Below, one piece after another: positions 38,630 to 48,632 of a stretch of DNA of 64,000 nt; position 1 is the stretch's first letter; the number at the start of each line of letters is the position of its first letter. Position numbers and translations under genes: made by a program. The stretch spans positions 8,654 to 72,653 of the forward strand of contig CACOMW010000004.1 of the NCBI GenBank assembly GCA_902628365.1. Reading direction: 5' to 3'. This stretch comes from an uncultured Marinoscillum sp. Its GTDB lineage: Bacteria > Bacteroidota > Bacteroidia > Cytophagales > MED-G16. The notes under the pieces were generated by a model that saw only the letters and a list, made by a program, of their open reading frames with translations, searched no databases and was not told the origin of the DNA.

Positions 38630-39403
38630 TTGAAAGATAATTTATCATCAAAAAATAAGGCTGGGTTATTAACACTACTAGTTAATATCATATTTTTTCT
38701 TATTATTTTTTTTATGATTGCCTGGAAAGAAACAATTCCACCTATACCTGAGTATGGTATAGAGATTGGAATTAGTGAATACATTGATAATTCAGAGAAT
38801 AATGAAGTAGATGATATTGAAAATAAAAATGATCAAAAAGAAGAAAATGAATCAGAAATTCAAGATGAAAATAAAAATGAATTGAATAATGATTTAGTTG
38901 AAGAAGAGTCTATTCAATCTGGTGATAATGTCTTTGAAAAAGAAAATTTAGATGATAAAGATTTAGAAGATTTTAATGATACTCCAATTGATAAAGTCGA
39001 AACTATAAAAAAAGAAGTTGAAAAAGTTGATGAAAAAAATACTGAAAAAAAAGCTACTGATGAAACATTAAGTTCAAAGAAAGTAATTGACTCAAGATCA
39101 ATCTATTCTGAAAAAAGTAATTCTCCATCTGGCGCATCATTAGACTTACAAGGTTGGATATGGGATTCTTTACCTGATCCAAAAGATTTAAGTAAAGAAA
39201 AAGGAAAAATAATTTTTGAAATTTTTGTAAATATTTATGGAGAAATTGAAAATATAAGGACATTAGAAACTACAGTTACACCATCGGTTGAAAAAATTTA
39301 TAAAGATGAAGTTTTAAATTTATCATTTAGACCTACCTCAACAAATTATAATCCAGCTGATATATCAAAAGGAACAATAACATTCATAATAAAATCTAGA
39401 TAA
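38630..39403 (+). CDS. TonB/TolA-like energy transducer candidate (TM anchor, acidic linker, TonB-C-like domain)
   Basis: N-terminal TM, a roughly 110-aa D/E/N/K-rich linker without prolines, and a C-terminal GKIIFEIFVNIYGEIENIRTLETTVTPSVEKIYKDEVLNLSFRP resembling a TonB C-terminal domain. TTG start. Confidence 0.5.
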   Translation: MKDNLSSKNKAGLLTLLVNIIFFLIIFFMIAWKETIPPIPEYGIEIGISEYIDNSENNEVDDIENKNDQKEENESEIQDENKNELNNDLVEEESIQSGDNVFEKENLDDKDLEDFNDTPIDKVETIKKEVEKVDEKNTEKKATDETLSSKKVIDSRSIYSEKSNSPSGASLDLQGWIWDSLPDPKDLSKEKGKIIFEIFVNIYGEIENIRTLETTVTPSVEKIYKDEVLNLSFRPTSTNYNPADISKGTITFIIKSR

Positions 39404-39404
39404 A

Positions 39405-40694
39405 ATGGATTATAATGAAACAATTAAGTTTCTTTATGATCAACTTCCGGTTTATCAAAATTCTGGAAATAAGGCTTTGAATCTTGGCTTAGATAAAATT
39501 CAAAAATTATTAATTGAATTTAATAATCCTGAAAAATTTTTAAAAATTATTCATATAGGAGGAACGAATGGAAAAGGATCATCTGCACATAGTATAGCTG
39601 CTATTTGTCAATATAATAATCTTAAGACTGGTTTATATACATCTCCACATTTATTTGATTTTAGAGAAAGAATTAGAGTTAATGGAAAAAAGGTTGAAAA
39701 AAGTTTTATAAAAGAATTTATAAATAAGAAATTAAAAAAGATCAAGAAGATTTCTCCATCATTTTTTGAAATTACCTTTGCAATGAGCTTATATTATTTC
39801 AAGAAAAATAAAGTTGATTTAGCCATAATTGAGGTAGGTTTAGGAGGTAGATTAGATTCAACAAATGTAGTTAATCCATTGATTAGTTTAATTACAAATA
39901 TAGGTTTTGATCATAAAGAAATACTTGGTTCTAGTTTAAATAAAATTGCAAATGAAAAAGCTGGTATTATTAAAGAAAATTCTATTGTTATTATTGGAAA
40001 AAGACAAAAGGAGATAGAAAATGTATTTATCAATAAATCTAAAAAATTAAATAGTAAAATATACTTTGCAGATAAAGAAGTTCAGATAGTTAATAAAAAA
40101 AATAAAGAGATAAATTTTTCCTTAACTTTTAATAAAAAACTTTATTCAATAAATAGTACCATTTTATCTAACTACTATTTAGAAAATATACCTGGTGTAA
40201 TTTTAACATCATATTTTATTTTGAAAAGTTTTAAAATAAAAAATAAAGAACCATTTAAGGGAATAGAATACATTAAAGAAACAGGGTTAAGAGGTAGATG
40301 GGAAATTCTTTCAGAGAAACCAAAGGTTATTTGTGATATTTGTCATAATATAGATGCTTTTAATGAAATAATTGCTGAATTAAATAAAATGAATTTTAAA
40401 AAAGTATACTTTATTGTAGGAGGTGTTAATTCCAAGGATTGGGAAAATATCATAAAAATATTACCTAAAAATTATTATTATCTTTTATGTCAACCTAATA
40501 TCGAAAGAAAAATGAATGTTAGTTTACTTTCTAAGATTTTTAGATACCATAATTTGAATCATAAAAATTTTAAAAGTACATCTTTGGCTTTTAATTATAT
40601 TAATTCAATTGCCAAGAAGAATGACCTAATTTTTGTAGGTGGTAGTTTATTTGTTGTATCTGAATTTTTTCAAGAATGGGAAAGAAAAAACTAG
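39405..40694 (+). CDS. folC: bifunctional folylpolyglutamate synthase / dihydrofolate synthase
   Basis: P-loop IHIGGTNGKGSS, EVGLGGRLDSTN, and Mur-ligase-type architecture. Confidence 0.85.
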   Translation: MDYNETIKFLYDQLPVYQNSGNKALNLGLDKIQKLLIEFNNPEKFLKIIHIGGTNGKGSSAHSIAAICQYNNLKTGLYTSPHLFDFRERIRVNGKKVEKSFIKEFINKKLKKIKKISPSFFEITFAMSLYYFKKNKVDLAIIEVGLGGRLDSTNVVNPLISLITNIGFDHKEILGSSLNKIANEKAGIIKENSIVIIGKRQKEIENVFINKSKKLNSKIYFADKEVQIVNKKNKEINFSLTFNKKLYSINSTILSNYYLENIPGVILTSYFILKSFKIKNKEPFKGIEYIKETGLRGRWEILSEKPKVICDICHNIDAFNEIIAELNKMNFKKVYFIVGGVNSKDWENIIKILPKNYYYLLCQPNIERKMNVSLLSKIFRYHNLNHKNFKSTSLAFNYINSIAKKNDLIFVGGSLFVVSEFFQEWERKN

Positions 40695-41335
40695 AAAGGT
40701 TCGAAGAAAACAAAAAAAGTAAATATATAATTCAAAAAGATAAAAGTTTATACAATGATGTAAAAGGAAATTGGAATAAAATTTTCAAAAATAATAACCC
40801 AATTAATTTAGAGTTAGGATGCGGTTATGGAGAATATACTTATAATTTGGCTAGAAAATTTAAAAATGAAAATTTTGTTGGAATTGATATAAAAGGTTCT
40901 AGAATATGGAAAGGTTCAAAAATTGCTGAAAATGAAAACTTAGATAATGTAATGTTTCTAAGAATTAGAATTGAGGAAATAATTGAATTTTTTTCTAAAA
41001 ATGAAGTTGATTCTATTTATATAATTTTCCCTGATCCAAGGCCAAAAAAAAGAGATTTAAAAAAAAGAATAGTAGGTTTAAGTTTTATGAAAAAATATTA
41101 TAAAATTTTAAAAAAAAATGGGAAAATAATGCTAAAAACAGATGATATAAAGCTTTTTGAATTGTGTATTTCAACTGTAAAAAATCATTTTAAATATCAA
41201 AATCTTTTATCATCAAGGGATTATTATAAATCTTCATTTTACTCAGAAGAAAAAAATATTAAAACCAGGTATGAAGAAAAATTTTTAAAAATGAATAAAA
41301 AAATAAACTATTTAGAGTTTAATAAAGCTAATTAG
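40676..41335 (+). CDS. trmB: tRNA (guanine-N7)-methyltransferase
   Basis: SAM motif LELGCGYGEY and IFPDPRPKKR. N-terminus MGKKKLERFEEN is typical of Bacteroidota TrmB. Overlaps folC by 19 nt. Confidence 0.85.
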   Translation: MGKKKLERFEENKKSKYIIQKDKSLYNDVKGNWNKIFKNNNPINLELGCGYGEYTYNLARKFKNENFVGIDIKGSRIWKGSKIAENENLDNVMFLRIRIEEIIEFFSKNEVDSIYIIFPDPRPKKRDLKKRIVGLSFMKKYYKILKKNGKIMLKTDDIKLFELCISTVKNHFKYQNLLSSRDYYKSSFYSEEKNIKTRYEEKFLKMNKKINYLEFNKAN

Positions 41336-41399
41336 TTTCACTAGGAAATGTATTTATTGATTCTAATTACTTGAATCATTGTTTTTGAACTCTGCCATT

Positions 41400-42023
41400 T
41401 TATTCACTAAGAAACTCTAAAATATCTGAAAAACTTGAATAATCTTTGTATCCAGGTCGAATTTCATTATTTCCTTTAATTGAAATGCCATAAAATAATT
41501 TCTTTTTTAGCATAATTCTTATGAATGGTATAGAGAGATTGAAACCATTCAAAACTTTAAAATTATTTTCAAATAATTTATTGTATAATGTCAGGGTTTC
41601 TTCATTTTCAAAATCTATATTTAACAAAAAGATATCGCTGTAATTTTTTAATAAATCATCAATTATTTTTTTAGTATTTATTTTGTTTGATTTATTTATA
41701 TTTAAAATTATTTTTTTTTTGTCAAATTCTATTTTTTCTAAATTATAAGGATAATCGATTTGAATGTAATCAAATGAGAAGTTTTTTATAATATCGTTAA
41801 CATAATCATTATTTGAATTAGAAAACTCACCGATTATACCAACACCAGAAATCCAATTTCTAATTTCTTTTAGGGATTCTAAATTTATTGAATCATTATT
41901 ATTTTCATCAAGCTTAAAACCTATTAAATCAACATTCATTGCTGAAAAATATCTAGCATCACTTAAATTATTAACTGAGCCTACTTTAACAAAACACTTT
42001 AACGACATAATTATAATTCTCAT
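41400..42023 (-). CDS. phosphoribosylanthranilate isomerase (TrpF)-like TIM-barrel protein, divergent
   Basis: N-terminal VKVGSVNNLSDARYFSAMNVDLIGF aligns with the TrpF K-I-C-G...GAD.(I/L)GF pattern. C-terminal GISIKGNNEIRPGYKDY resembles SSGVE..PG.KD. An alternative ATG is at 42008. Confidence 0.45.
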   Translation of the reverse strand: MRIIIMSLKCFVKVGSVNNLSDARYFSAMNVDLIGFKLDENNNDSINLESLKEIRNWISGVGIIGEFSNSNNDYVNDIIKNFSFDYIQIDYPYNLEKIEFDKKKIILNINKSNKINTKKIIDDLLKNYSDIFLLNIDFENEETLTLYNKLFENNFKVLNGFNLSIPFIRIMLKKKLFYGISIKGNNEIRPGYKDYSSFSDILEFLSE

Positions 42024-42039
42024 GTAAAAAGAAGTAATT

Positions 42040-43215
42040 TTGTATTCAATAAAAAACTATTTTAAAATTTTGAGTAAAAACGGTAAAATACTTCTAGCAA
42101 TGAGTGGAGGAATAGATAGTTCTATTTCATCTCTTTTATTACATGATATGGGTTATGAAGTTGTTGGTATAACAATGAAAACATGGGATTATCAATCATC
42201 TGGTTCATCAAAAAAAGAAACTGGTTGCTGTAGCCTTGAGTCAATTAATGATGCAAGAAGTATAGCTGTCAAAATGGGATTTAATCATTATATTCTTGAT
42301 ATAAGAGATGAGTTTGGTGATTACGTTATTGATTATTTCACAGATGAATATATGAGCGGCAGAACACCAAACCCTTGTGTATTATGTAATACACATATAA
42401 AATGGGAAGCTTTATTAAAAAGAGCTAAAAATTTAGATTGTAATTATATTGCTACTGGACATTATGCTAAAGTTAGATCTGAAAATGATAGATATATTGT
42501 TTCCAAGGGTATTGATAAAAAAAAGGATCAATCATATGCGTTATGGGGGATAAGTCAAAAAAACCTTTCTCAAACTATATTTCCTTTAGGTGAACTAAAT
42601 AAAGAGGAAATAAAAAAAATTGCAATTAAAAATGGGTATAAAAATTTAGTTGATAAATCAGAATCTTATGAAATATGTTTTGTTCCTGATGATGATTACA
42701 GAGGATTTTTGAAAAAAAGAATTAAAAATATAGATAAAAAAGTAGGTGAGGGGAATTTTTTAAATGAAAATGGTGAAATCATAGGAAGACATAAAGGGTA
42801 TCCATTTTATACAATTGGACAAAGAAAAGGATTAGGAATAGCTTTGGGATATCCAGTATATGTAACAGAAATTAAACATAAAACCAACGAAGTGGTATTA
42901 GGAACATTTGATGAATTAAAAAGAGATGGAATGTATGTAAAGAAGCTAAATATGATGAAATATGATAAAATAGTTGGTAAAATGGACGCAGATACTAAAA
43001 TTAGATATAATGATATTGGATCTTCATCAATTATTGAACAGATCGATGATACAATAAAAGTTTTTTTTGGAAATGGTGTTAATGCTATAACACCAGGTCA
43101 AGCTGCTGTTTTTTATGAAAAAGATGATATAATTGGAGGCGGTTGGATACATAGTAGTTTTAATCAAAAATTTAAAAAATATGAACAAAAAAGAAATATC
43201 AGTTTCAATACTTGA
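42040..43215 (+). CDS. mnmA: tRNA 2-thiouridine(34) synthase MnmA
   Basis: PP-loop LAMSGGIDSS, CCS...D, catalytic-Cys region YEICF, and GGGWI near the C-terminus. TTG start in the track; the exact start is uncertain. Confidence 0.85.
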   Translation: MYSIKNYFKILSKNGKILLAMSGGIDSSISSLLLHDMGYEVVGITMKTWDYQSSGSSKKETGCCSLESINDARSIAVKMGFNHYILDIRDEFGDYVIDYFTDEYMSGRTPNPCVLCNTHIKWEALLKRAKNLDCNYIATGHYAKVRSENDRYIVSKGIDKKKDQSYALWGISQKNLSQTIFPLGELNKEEIKKIAIKNGYKNLVDKSESYEICFVPDDDYRGFLKKRIKNIDKKVGEGNFLNENGEIIGRHKGYPFYTIGQRKGLGIALGYPVYVTEIKHKTNEVVLGTFDELKRDGMYVKKLNMMKYDKIVGKMDADTKIRYNDIGSSSIIEQIDDTIKVFFGNGVNAITPGQAAVFYEKDDIIGGGWIHSSFNQKFKKYEQKRNISFNT

Positions 43216-43831
43216 TTGTGACTTTAATAATATAGAACAAGAAATAAATAAAATAAATAATTCCAGTTCTGATTATATCCATATTGATATTATGGACGGT
43301 AAATTTGTTCCAAATATAGCATTTGACAATAACACCATTGAAAAAGTAAATTTATATTCAAAAAAAAAACTTGATTATCATCTAATGGTTAATGATCCGA
43401 ATGATTATATCTTAAAATGTGTAAAAAATAATGCTAATATAATTTCTGTTCATTATGAAGAAAATGATAATGTTTTAAATCATTTAATTTCAATTAAAAA
43501 ACTTGGTTGTAGAGCGGGTTTAGCAATAAATCCTTCTACAAAAATTAATCAAGTTTCTAATCTATTTGAACATATAGATATTTTACTCTTAATGTCTGTT
43601 CAACCAGGGAAGGGTGGTCAAAAATTTCTAGATACTACTTTTAAAAAGGTTGAAGAATCAAAAAAAATTATTGATGAGATGAATTATGAAATAGATATTG
43701 AAATTGATGGAGGAATTGACAATAAAGTTTCTAAAAAACTTTTTAATTTAGGATCAAAAATATTAGTATCCGGAAGTTATATTATTAAAAATCAAAACAT
43801 AGCTTCAGCAATATCAAATTTAAGAGATTAA
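43181..43831 (+). CDS. rpe: ribulose-phosphate 3-epimerase
   Basis: SILDCDF, HIDIMDGKFVPN, MSVQPGKGGQKF, EIDGGI. The ATG at 43181 (MNKKEISVS) is preferred over the track start at 43133. Confidence 0.85.
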   Translation: MNKKEISVSILDCDFNNIEQEINKINNSSSDYIHIDIMDGKFVPNIAFDNNTIEKVNLYSKKKLDYHLMVNDPNDYILKCVKNNANIISVHYEENDNVLNHLISIKKLGCRAGLAINPSTKINQVSNLFEHIDILLLMSVQPGKGGQKFLDTTFKKVEESKKIIDEMNYEIDIEIDGGIDNKVSKKLFNLGSKILVSGSYIIKNQNIASAISNLRD

Positions 43832-43868
43832 AATAGAATTATATAACATTTTTTAGCAGTTAAATAAG

Positions 43869-43876
43869 TATATTTG
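43869..43876 (+). promoter_or_regulatory. candidate -7 box (TATATTTG) for gyrA
   Basis: Matches TAnnTTTG, 42 nt upstream of the ATG at 43918. Confidence 0.35.
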
Positions 43877-43917
43877 TATTGCAATTTATAATGTTCTAAT
43901 TGCTCCTTTTTTTAGAT

Positions 43918-46389
43918 ATGATTGAAGATAAAAATCAAAACATAATTCCTGTAAATATTGAAGATGAAATGAAGGGAGCCTACATTGATTATTCAATGTC
44001 AGTAATTGTTTCTAGAGCTCTGCCAGATGTTAGAGATGGTCTAAAACCAGTTCACAGAAGAGTCTTATACGGAATGTTAAACATGGGTGTTAATTATAAT
44101 AAATCATATAAAAAATCTGCTAGAATAGTGGGAGAGGTTATGGGTAAATATCATCCTCATGGAGATTCATCTATTTATGATACAATGGTAAGGATGGCGC
44201 AATCATGGTCTTTACGATATACACTAGTTGATGGTCAGGGTAATTTTGGTTCTATAGATGGTGATTCTCCTGCAGCGATGCGTTATACTGAAGCAAAATT
44301 AAAAAGAATTTCTGATGAGCTTCTCAATGACATAAATAAAGAAACTGTTGATTTTCAACCTAATTTTGATGATTCATTAAATGAACCAACTGTTCTACCT
44401 TCTAAAATACCAAATCTATTAGTTAATGGGTCAAGTGGAATTGCTGTAGGAATGGCAACAAATATGCCTCCTCATAATCTTTCTGAAGTTATTGATGGTA
44501 TTATTCATTACATTGATAATAATGAAATTTCCATTGAAGAATTGATGAAATATATTAAAGCACCTGATTTTCCAACAGGAGGAATTATTTATGGATATCA
44601 AGGAGTGAAGTCTGCATTTGAAACTGGTAAAGGTAGAATTGTCATGAGAGCTAAAGCAACAATTGAATCAAATGAGAAAGAAAAAGATCAAATAATTGTT
44701 ACTGAAATTCCATATATGGTAAATAAGGCAAATATGATTGAAAAGACTGCTCATTTAATTAATGATAAAAAATTAGATGGAATTAGTGATATTAGAGATG
44801 AATCAGATAGAGATGGACTAAGAATAGTATATGATTTAAAAAGAGATGCAATTCCAAATGTTGTTCTTAATAATTTATTTAAACTTACTCAACTTCAATC
44901 TTCATTTGGAGTAAATAATGTTGCTCTAGTAAATGGAATACCTAAAATCCTTAATCTTAAAGAATTAGTAAAATATTTTGTTGATCACAGACATGATGTT
45001 GTTGTTAAAAGAACTAATTATGAATTAAAAGAAGCTGAAAGAAGGTCTCATATTCTTAAAGGATATATAATAGCTCTTGATAATATTGATCCAGTTATTG
45101 ATTTAATAAAAAAATCAAAAAGTCCAGATGAAGCTAAAGGCTCTCTAATTAAAAAGTTTAAATTATCAGAAATACAATCTAAAGCCATTTTAGAAATGAG
45201 ACTTCAAAAGTTAACGGGCCTTGAAAGAGATAAAATAAATAAAGAAAATGAAGAAATAGATAAACTTATTAAGAAGTTAAAAGAAATACTATCTCAAAAG
45301 GATATTAGAATGAATATTATAAAAGACGAACTTTCTGAGATGAAAAATAGATATGGTGATGAAAGAAGATCAAAGATAGAACATTCTGCAGCTGAATTTA
45401 CCGTAGAGGATATGATACCAGATGAAGATATGGTTCTTACAATTTCACATCAAGGCTATATTAAAAGAACATCTCTTAGTGAATATAGGACCCAAGGAAG
45501 AGGAGGAGTAGGGGCCAGAGGTGTTATAACTAAAGATGATGATTTTACTGAACATTTATTTATTGCATCTACTCATAACTATCTTTTGATTTTTACTGAA
45601 TTTGGAAAAGTCTTTTGGAAAAAAGTTTGGGAAATTCCAGAAGGGTCTAAAGTTTCTAAAGGTCGTGCAATACAAAATCTAATAAATATAGAAAGTGAAG
45701 ATAAAGTTCGTTCAGTAATAAATGTTAAAAATTTATCCGACGAAGATTATTTAAATAATAATTATCTTGTAATGTGTACAAAAAAAGGTACAGTTAAAAA
45801 AACAACTTTAGAAGCATATTCAAGACCAAGAGTTAATGGTATTAATGCTATTAAAATTAAAGAAAACGATAGATTGTTAGATGTTAAATTAACTAATGGA
45901 GATAATCATATAGTAATTGCTAAAAAATCAGGAAAAGCTATAAGATTTCATGAATCAAATGCTAGACCAATGGGTAGGGTAGCTTCAGGTGTTAGGGGTG
46001 TAAGATTAGAAAATGAAGATGATTTTGTTATTGGTATGATATGCATAGCCAGGGAAGACTCAGATTTACTTGTAGTTTCTGAAAATGGATACGGAAAACG
46101 TTCTTCAATTAATGATTATAGAATAACTAAAAGAGGAGGAAAGGGAGTAATGACATTAAAAACAACTGATAAAACCGGAAATTTAGTTTCCATTAAGGAA
46201 GTTAAAACAAATGATGAATTAATGATTATAAATCAATCTGGAATTACAATTAGAATTTCTATTAATGATGAAAATATTAGAGTTATGGGGAGAGCCACAC
46301 AAGGTGTAAGATTAATAAAGCTTAATAAAGATGATAAAATTTCCTCAGTAGCTAAAATTGAAATTATTGATGATGAAAATAAAGAATAA
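43918..46389 (+). CDS. gyrA: DNA gyrase subunit A
   Basis: [28 protein letters not shown] region [18 protein letters not shown], active-site [10 protein letters not shown], and C-terminal beta-pinwheel repeats. The ATG at 43918 is preferred over the track TTG at 43900. Confidence 0.95.
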   Translation: MIEDKNQNIIPVNIEDEMKGAYIDYSMSVIVSRALPDVRDGLKPVHRRVLYGMLNMGVNYNKSYKKSARIVGEVMGKYHPHGDSSIYDTMVRMAQSWSLRYTLVDGQGNFGSIDGDSPAAMRYTEAKLKRISDELLNDINKETVDFQPNFDDSLNEPTVLPSKIPNLLVNGSSGIAVGMATNMPPHNLSEVIDGIIHYIDNNEISIEELMKYIKAPDFPTGGIIYGYQGVKSAFETGKGRIVMRAKATIESNEKEKDQIIVTEIPYMVNKANMIEKTAHLINDKKLDGISDIRDESDRDGLRIVYDLKRDAIPNVVLNNLFKLTQLQSSFGVNNVALVNGIPKILNLKELVKYFVDHRHDVVVKRTNYELKEAERRSHILKGYIIALDNIDPVIDLIKKSKSPDEAKGSLIKKFKLSEIQSKAILEMRLQKLTGLERDKINKENEEIDKLIKKLKEILSQKDIRMNIIKDELSEMKNRYGDERRSKIEHSAAEFTVEDMIPDEDMVLTISHQGYIKRTSLSEYRTQGRGGVGARGVITKDDDFTEHLFIASTHNYLLIFTEFGKVFWKKVWEIPEGSKVSKGRAIQNLINIESEDKVRSVINVKNLSDEDYLNNNYLVMCTKKGTVKKTTLEAYSRPRVNGINAIKIKENDRLLDVKLTNGDNHIVIAKKSGKAIRFHESNARPMGRVASGVRGVRLENEDDFVIGMICIAREDSDLLVVSENGYGKRSSINDYRITKRGGKGVMTLKTTDKTGNLVSIKEVKTNDELMIINQSGITIRISINDENIRVMGRATQGVRLIKLNKDDKISSVAKIEIIDDENKE

Positions 46390-46422
46390 ATATTCTATAT
46401 TTAAATAATAACAAAAAGCATT

Positions 46423-47817
46423 ATGAGATCTATTTATTTTATAATATTCATTTTTATATCATATTCTAATCTTTTTAGCCAATACAAAGGTAGTATAAGT
46501 AAAGCTGAAAGTTCTTTAAATAAAGTTGAGTTAAAGGGAACTGAGGAAGAAAGAAGAGAACTTTTACTTATTGCAAAAGGTGAAATAGACGTTGCAATTA
46601 CAATAGAAAAAAATATTTCTAAAGCCAGAACTTGGTTTGTTAGAGGTAATGTTTATGCAGCTATAGCCAAAGGTTATTTAGATATAGATCCATTAGCAGT
46701 TGAAAAATCAATTGAGGCATTTAATAAAGTTGGAAGTGATGAAGCAAAAACAAATGATATAACTATGATACAAAATACTAATATTGGTATTCAAAATTTA
46801 TCAAGTTATTTTGTTAATCAAGCAGTTTATGCACTTCAAGGATCAGAAAATCCTAATTTTTCAAAAGCTTTAGATGAGTTTCAAAACTCTTTAAAAATTA
46901 ACCCAAATGATACTTTAGGTTTATTATATGGAGGATATGTCGCTGAACAATTGAATAAATTTGATATAGCTTTAGTTTATTATGATAGACTCTTAAAATT
47001 AAATAATTTGAATAATGAAAATACCAATAGAGTTTACCAGCAATCAATTAATATAAGATTTAATAATTGTGAATTAATTGATGATTGTGGCGATTATTTA
47101 AAAACTTTAGCTTTATTATCGAAAGCTAGAGAAATCTTTCCAAATGATAATTACTATCCATCAGTAGAAATTAATATTGCAATGAAATTAAATAAAGTGG
47201 GGGAGGCAAGAAGAAAAATTGATTTACAATTAAACAATGATCCTCAAAATGTTAGTTTATTATTCAATAAAGCTGTTCTTTATTACAACCTTGGATTAGC
47301 AATTGATTTAGATAAATCTATGGAAGATAAGACGAAATTAGATAGTTTAGATAAAATCTATGCCATATCAATTAATTCTTATAAAAATGTTCTTGAAATA
47401 GAACCAAATAATGAAAGAGCAATACTTTATATGATAGATGCTTATAAAGCACTTGCTAAACCATATTTTGATATGGAGAGAAACTTAGATTTTCTTGCAT
47501 TAAAAGGTAAATATAAAGCTGAATCTGATAGATTAAAAAATGAAGGAAATACCAGATTGTCCGATGCTCTTATCTATGCAAAAGGTTATTCTAACATGAA
47601 AGGAGAAAATATCTCTGAAAATGATATTAATAGTTTATATCCTATTTTTTCTATAGCTGAAGATTATGAGAGTTTAATATCTATTTTAAGTATTTCTATT
47701 AAAAGAGATCCATCAAATATGGAATATTTAGAAGTTTTAAGAAATGCTTATATAAAGGTGAAAGATTATGAAAATGCAGAAAATATTTATCAGATTATCC
47801 TTAAAAATGAACAATAA
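46423..47817 (+). CDS. secreted TPR-like repeat protein
   Basis: Signal peptide and TPR-like helical repeats (FSKALDEFQNSLKINPND..., YKNVLEIEPNNE...). Confidence 0.6.
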   Translation: MRSIYFIIFIFISYSNLFSQYKGSISKAESSLNKVELKGTEEERRELLLIAKGEIDVAITIEKNISKARTWFVRGNVYAAIAKGYLDIDPLAVEKSIEAFNKVGSDEAKTNDITMIQNTNIGIQNLSSYFVNQAVYALQGSENPNFSKALDEFQNSLKINPNDTLGLLYGGYVAEQLNKFDIALVYYDRLLKLNNLNNENTNRVYQQSINIRFNNCELIDDCGDYLKTLALLSKAREIFPNDNYYPSVEINIAMKLNKVGEARRKIDLQLNNDPQNVSLLFNKAVLYYNLGLAIDLDKSMEDKTKLDSLDKIYAISINSYKNVLEIEPNNERAILYMIDAYKALAKPYFDMERNLDFLALKGKYKAESDRLKNEGNTRLSDALIYAKGYSNMKGENISENDINSLYPIFSIAEDYESLISILSISIKRDPSNMEYLEVLRNAYIKVKDYENAENIYQIILKNEQ

Positions 47818-47824
47818 TATTTAA

Positions 47825-48052
47825 TTAATCGTTTATCATTTTTTCTTCATTACATTTCTCATGAACTTCAGATATTAATCCATCAAAATGAACATGATCA
47901 TTAGGCAAGTAAATACTTGCGAGAATTTCAATTAATCCAGCTGTGAAAGCTATAAAAGCAGTTATTAAAGCTGATTCATAAATAGCTGATATAAATTCAA
48001 CAAAATGAAAAATAGAATGAAGTCTAAGGCCCCATCTTAAAATTTTAATCAT
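47825..48052 (-). CDS. hypothetical small membrane protein (75 aa)
   Basis: ORF with two hydrophobic helices. Overlaps the upstream gene by 8 nt. Confidence 0.4.
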   Translation of the reverse strand: MIKILRWGLRLHSIFHFVEFISAIYESALITAFIAFTAGLIEILASIYLPNDHVHFDGLISEVHEKCNEEKMIND

Positions 48053-48512
48053 TATCTAAAAATATTTTAATTTCTTTAGAGTATTTAATTAATAGATCAT
48101 TTGGTATAGGTAAGAGTAAATTATATTGATTTATTTTCCACACATTATTCTCTTTAGTTAAAACACCAGTTCCACGAAAAACTCCATATTTCTCGTTTTT
48201 TAATTCTTCATCAAACCATGCAGTATTTTTATTTCTATTAAAGTAAATATTTCTTGAAATAGGATAATATGTCCATCCATCGCCTTTATCAAACCTTTGT
48301 TGAGCATAATTTTTAAAATCTGATTTACTCCACCTTTCAGTAGCATCAGTTCCAAAGAATATTGCATCATCATTAAATAAATCAAAATATAATTCACCAT
48401 TTGCTTGACTTGCATATTTATGTAAATTATCTAAAACATTAGATACTAATTTTTTTTCATTATTTTGATAGGAATGAATAAATAGTATAAGTGAGAAGAT
48501 ATATATATACAT
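48045..48512 (-). CDS. NTF2-like (SnoaL/DUF4440-type) domain protein
   Basis: Signal-like N-terminus. Pattern DDAIFFGTDATERWSKSDF...GWTYYPISRNIYF...AWFDE...RGTGVLTKENNVWKINQY is typical of the NTF2 fold. Confidence 0.55.
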   Translation of the reverse strand: MYIYIFSLILFIHSYQNNEKKLVSNVLDNLHKYASQANGELYFDLFNDDAIFFGTDATERWSKSDFKNYAQQRFDKGDGWTYYPISRNIYFNRNKNTAWFDEELKNEKYGVFRGTGVLTKENNVWKINQYNLLLPIPNDLLIKYSKEIKIFLDND

Positions 48513-48632
48513 AAAAATTCTTATTTAACATAATATAAATTATATAACAATTTATACTAGTTAAGATCTAAATACTTAGAATTAAATTATAATATAATTA
48601 ATATTACACTGTAATTAACATAAAATTAACCT

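Noticed and set aside
43133-43180. Longer rpe start (track 43133), giving an 83-nt overlap with mnmA
   Set aside because: The ATG at 43181 gives the conventional Rpe N-terminus (MNKKEISVSILDCDF). The upstream extension has no similarity and a large overlap.
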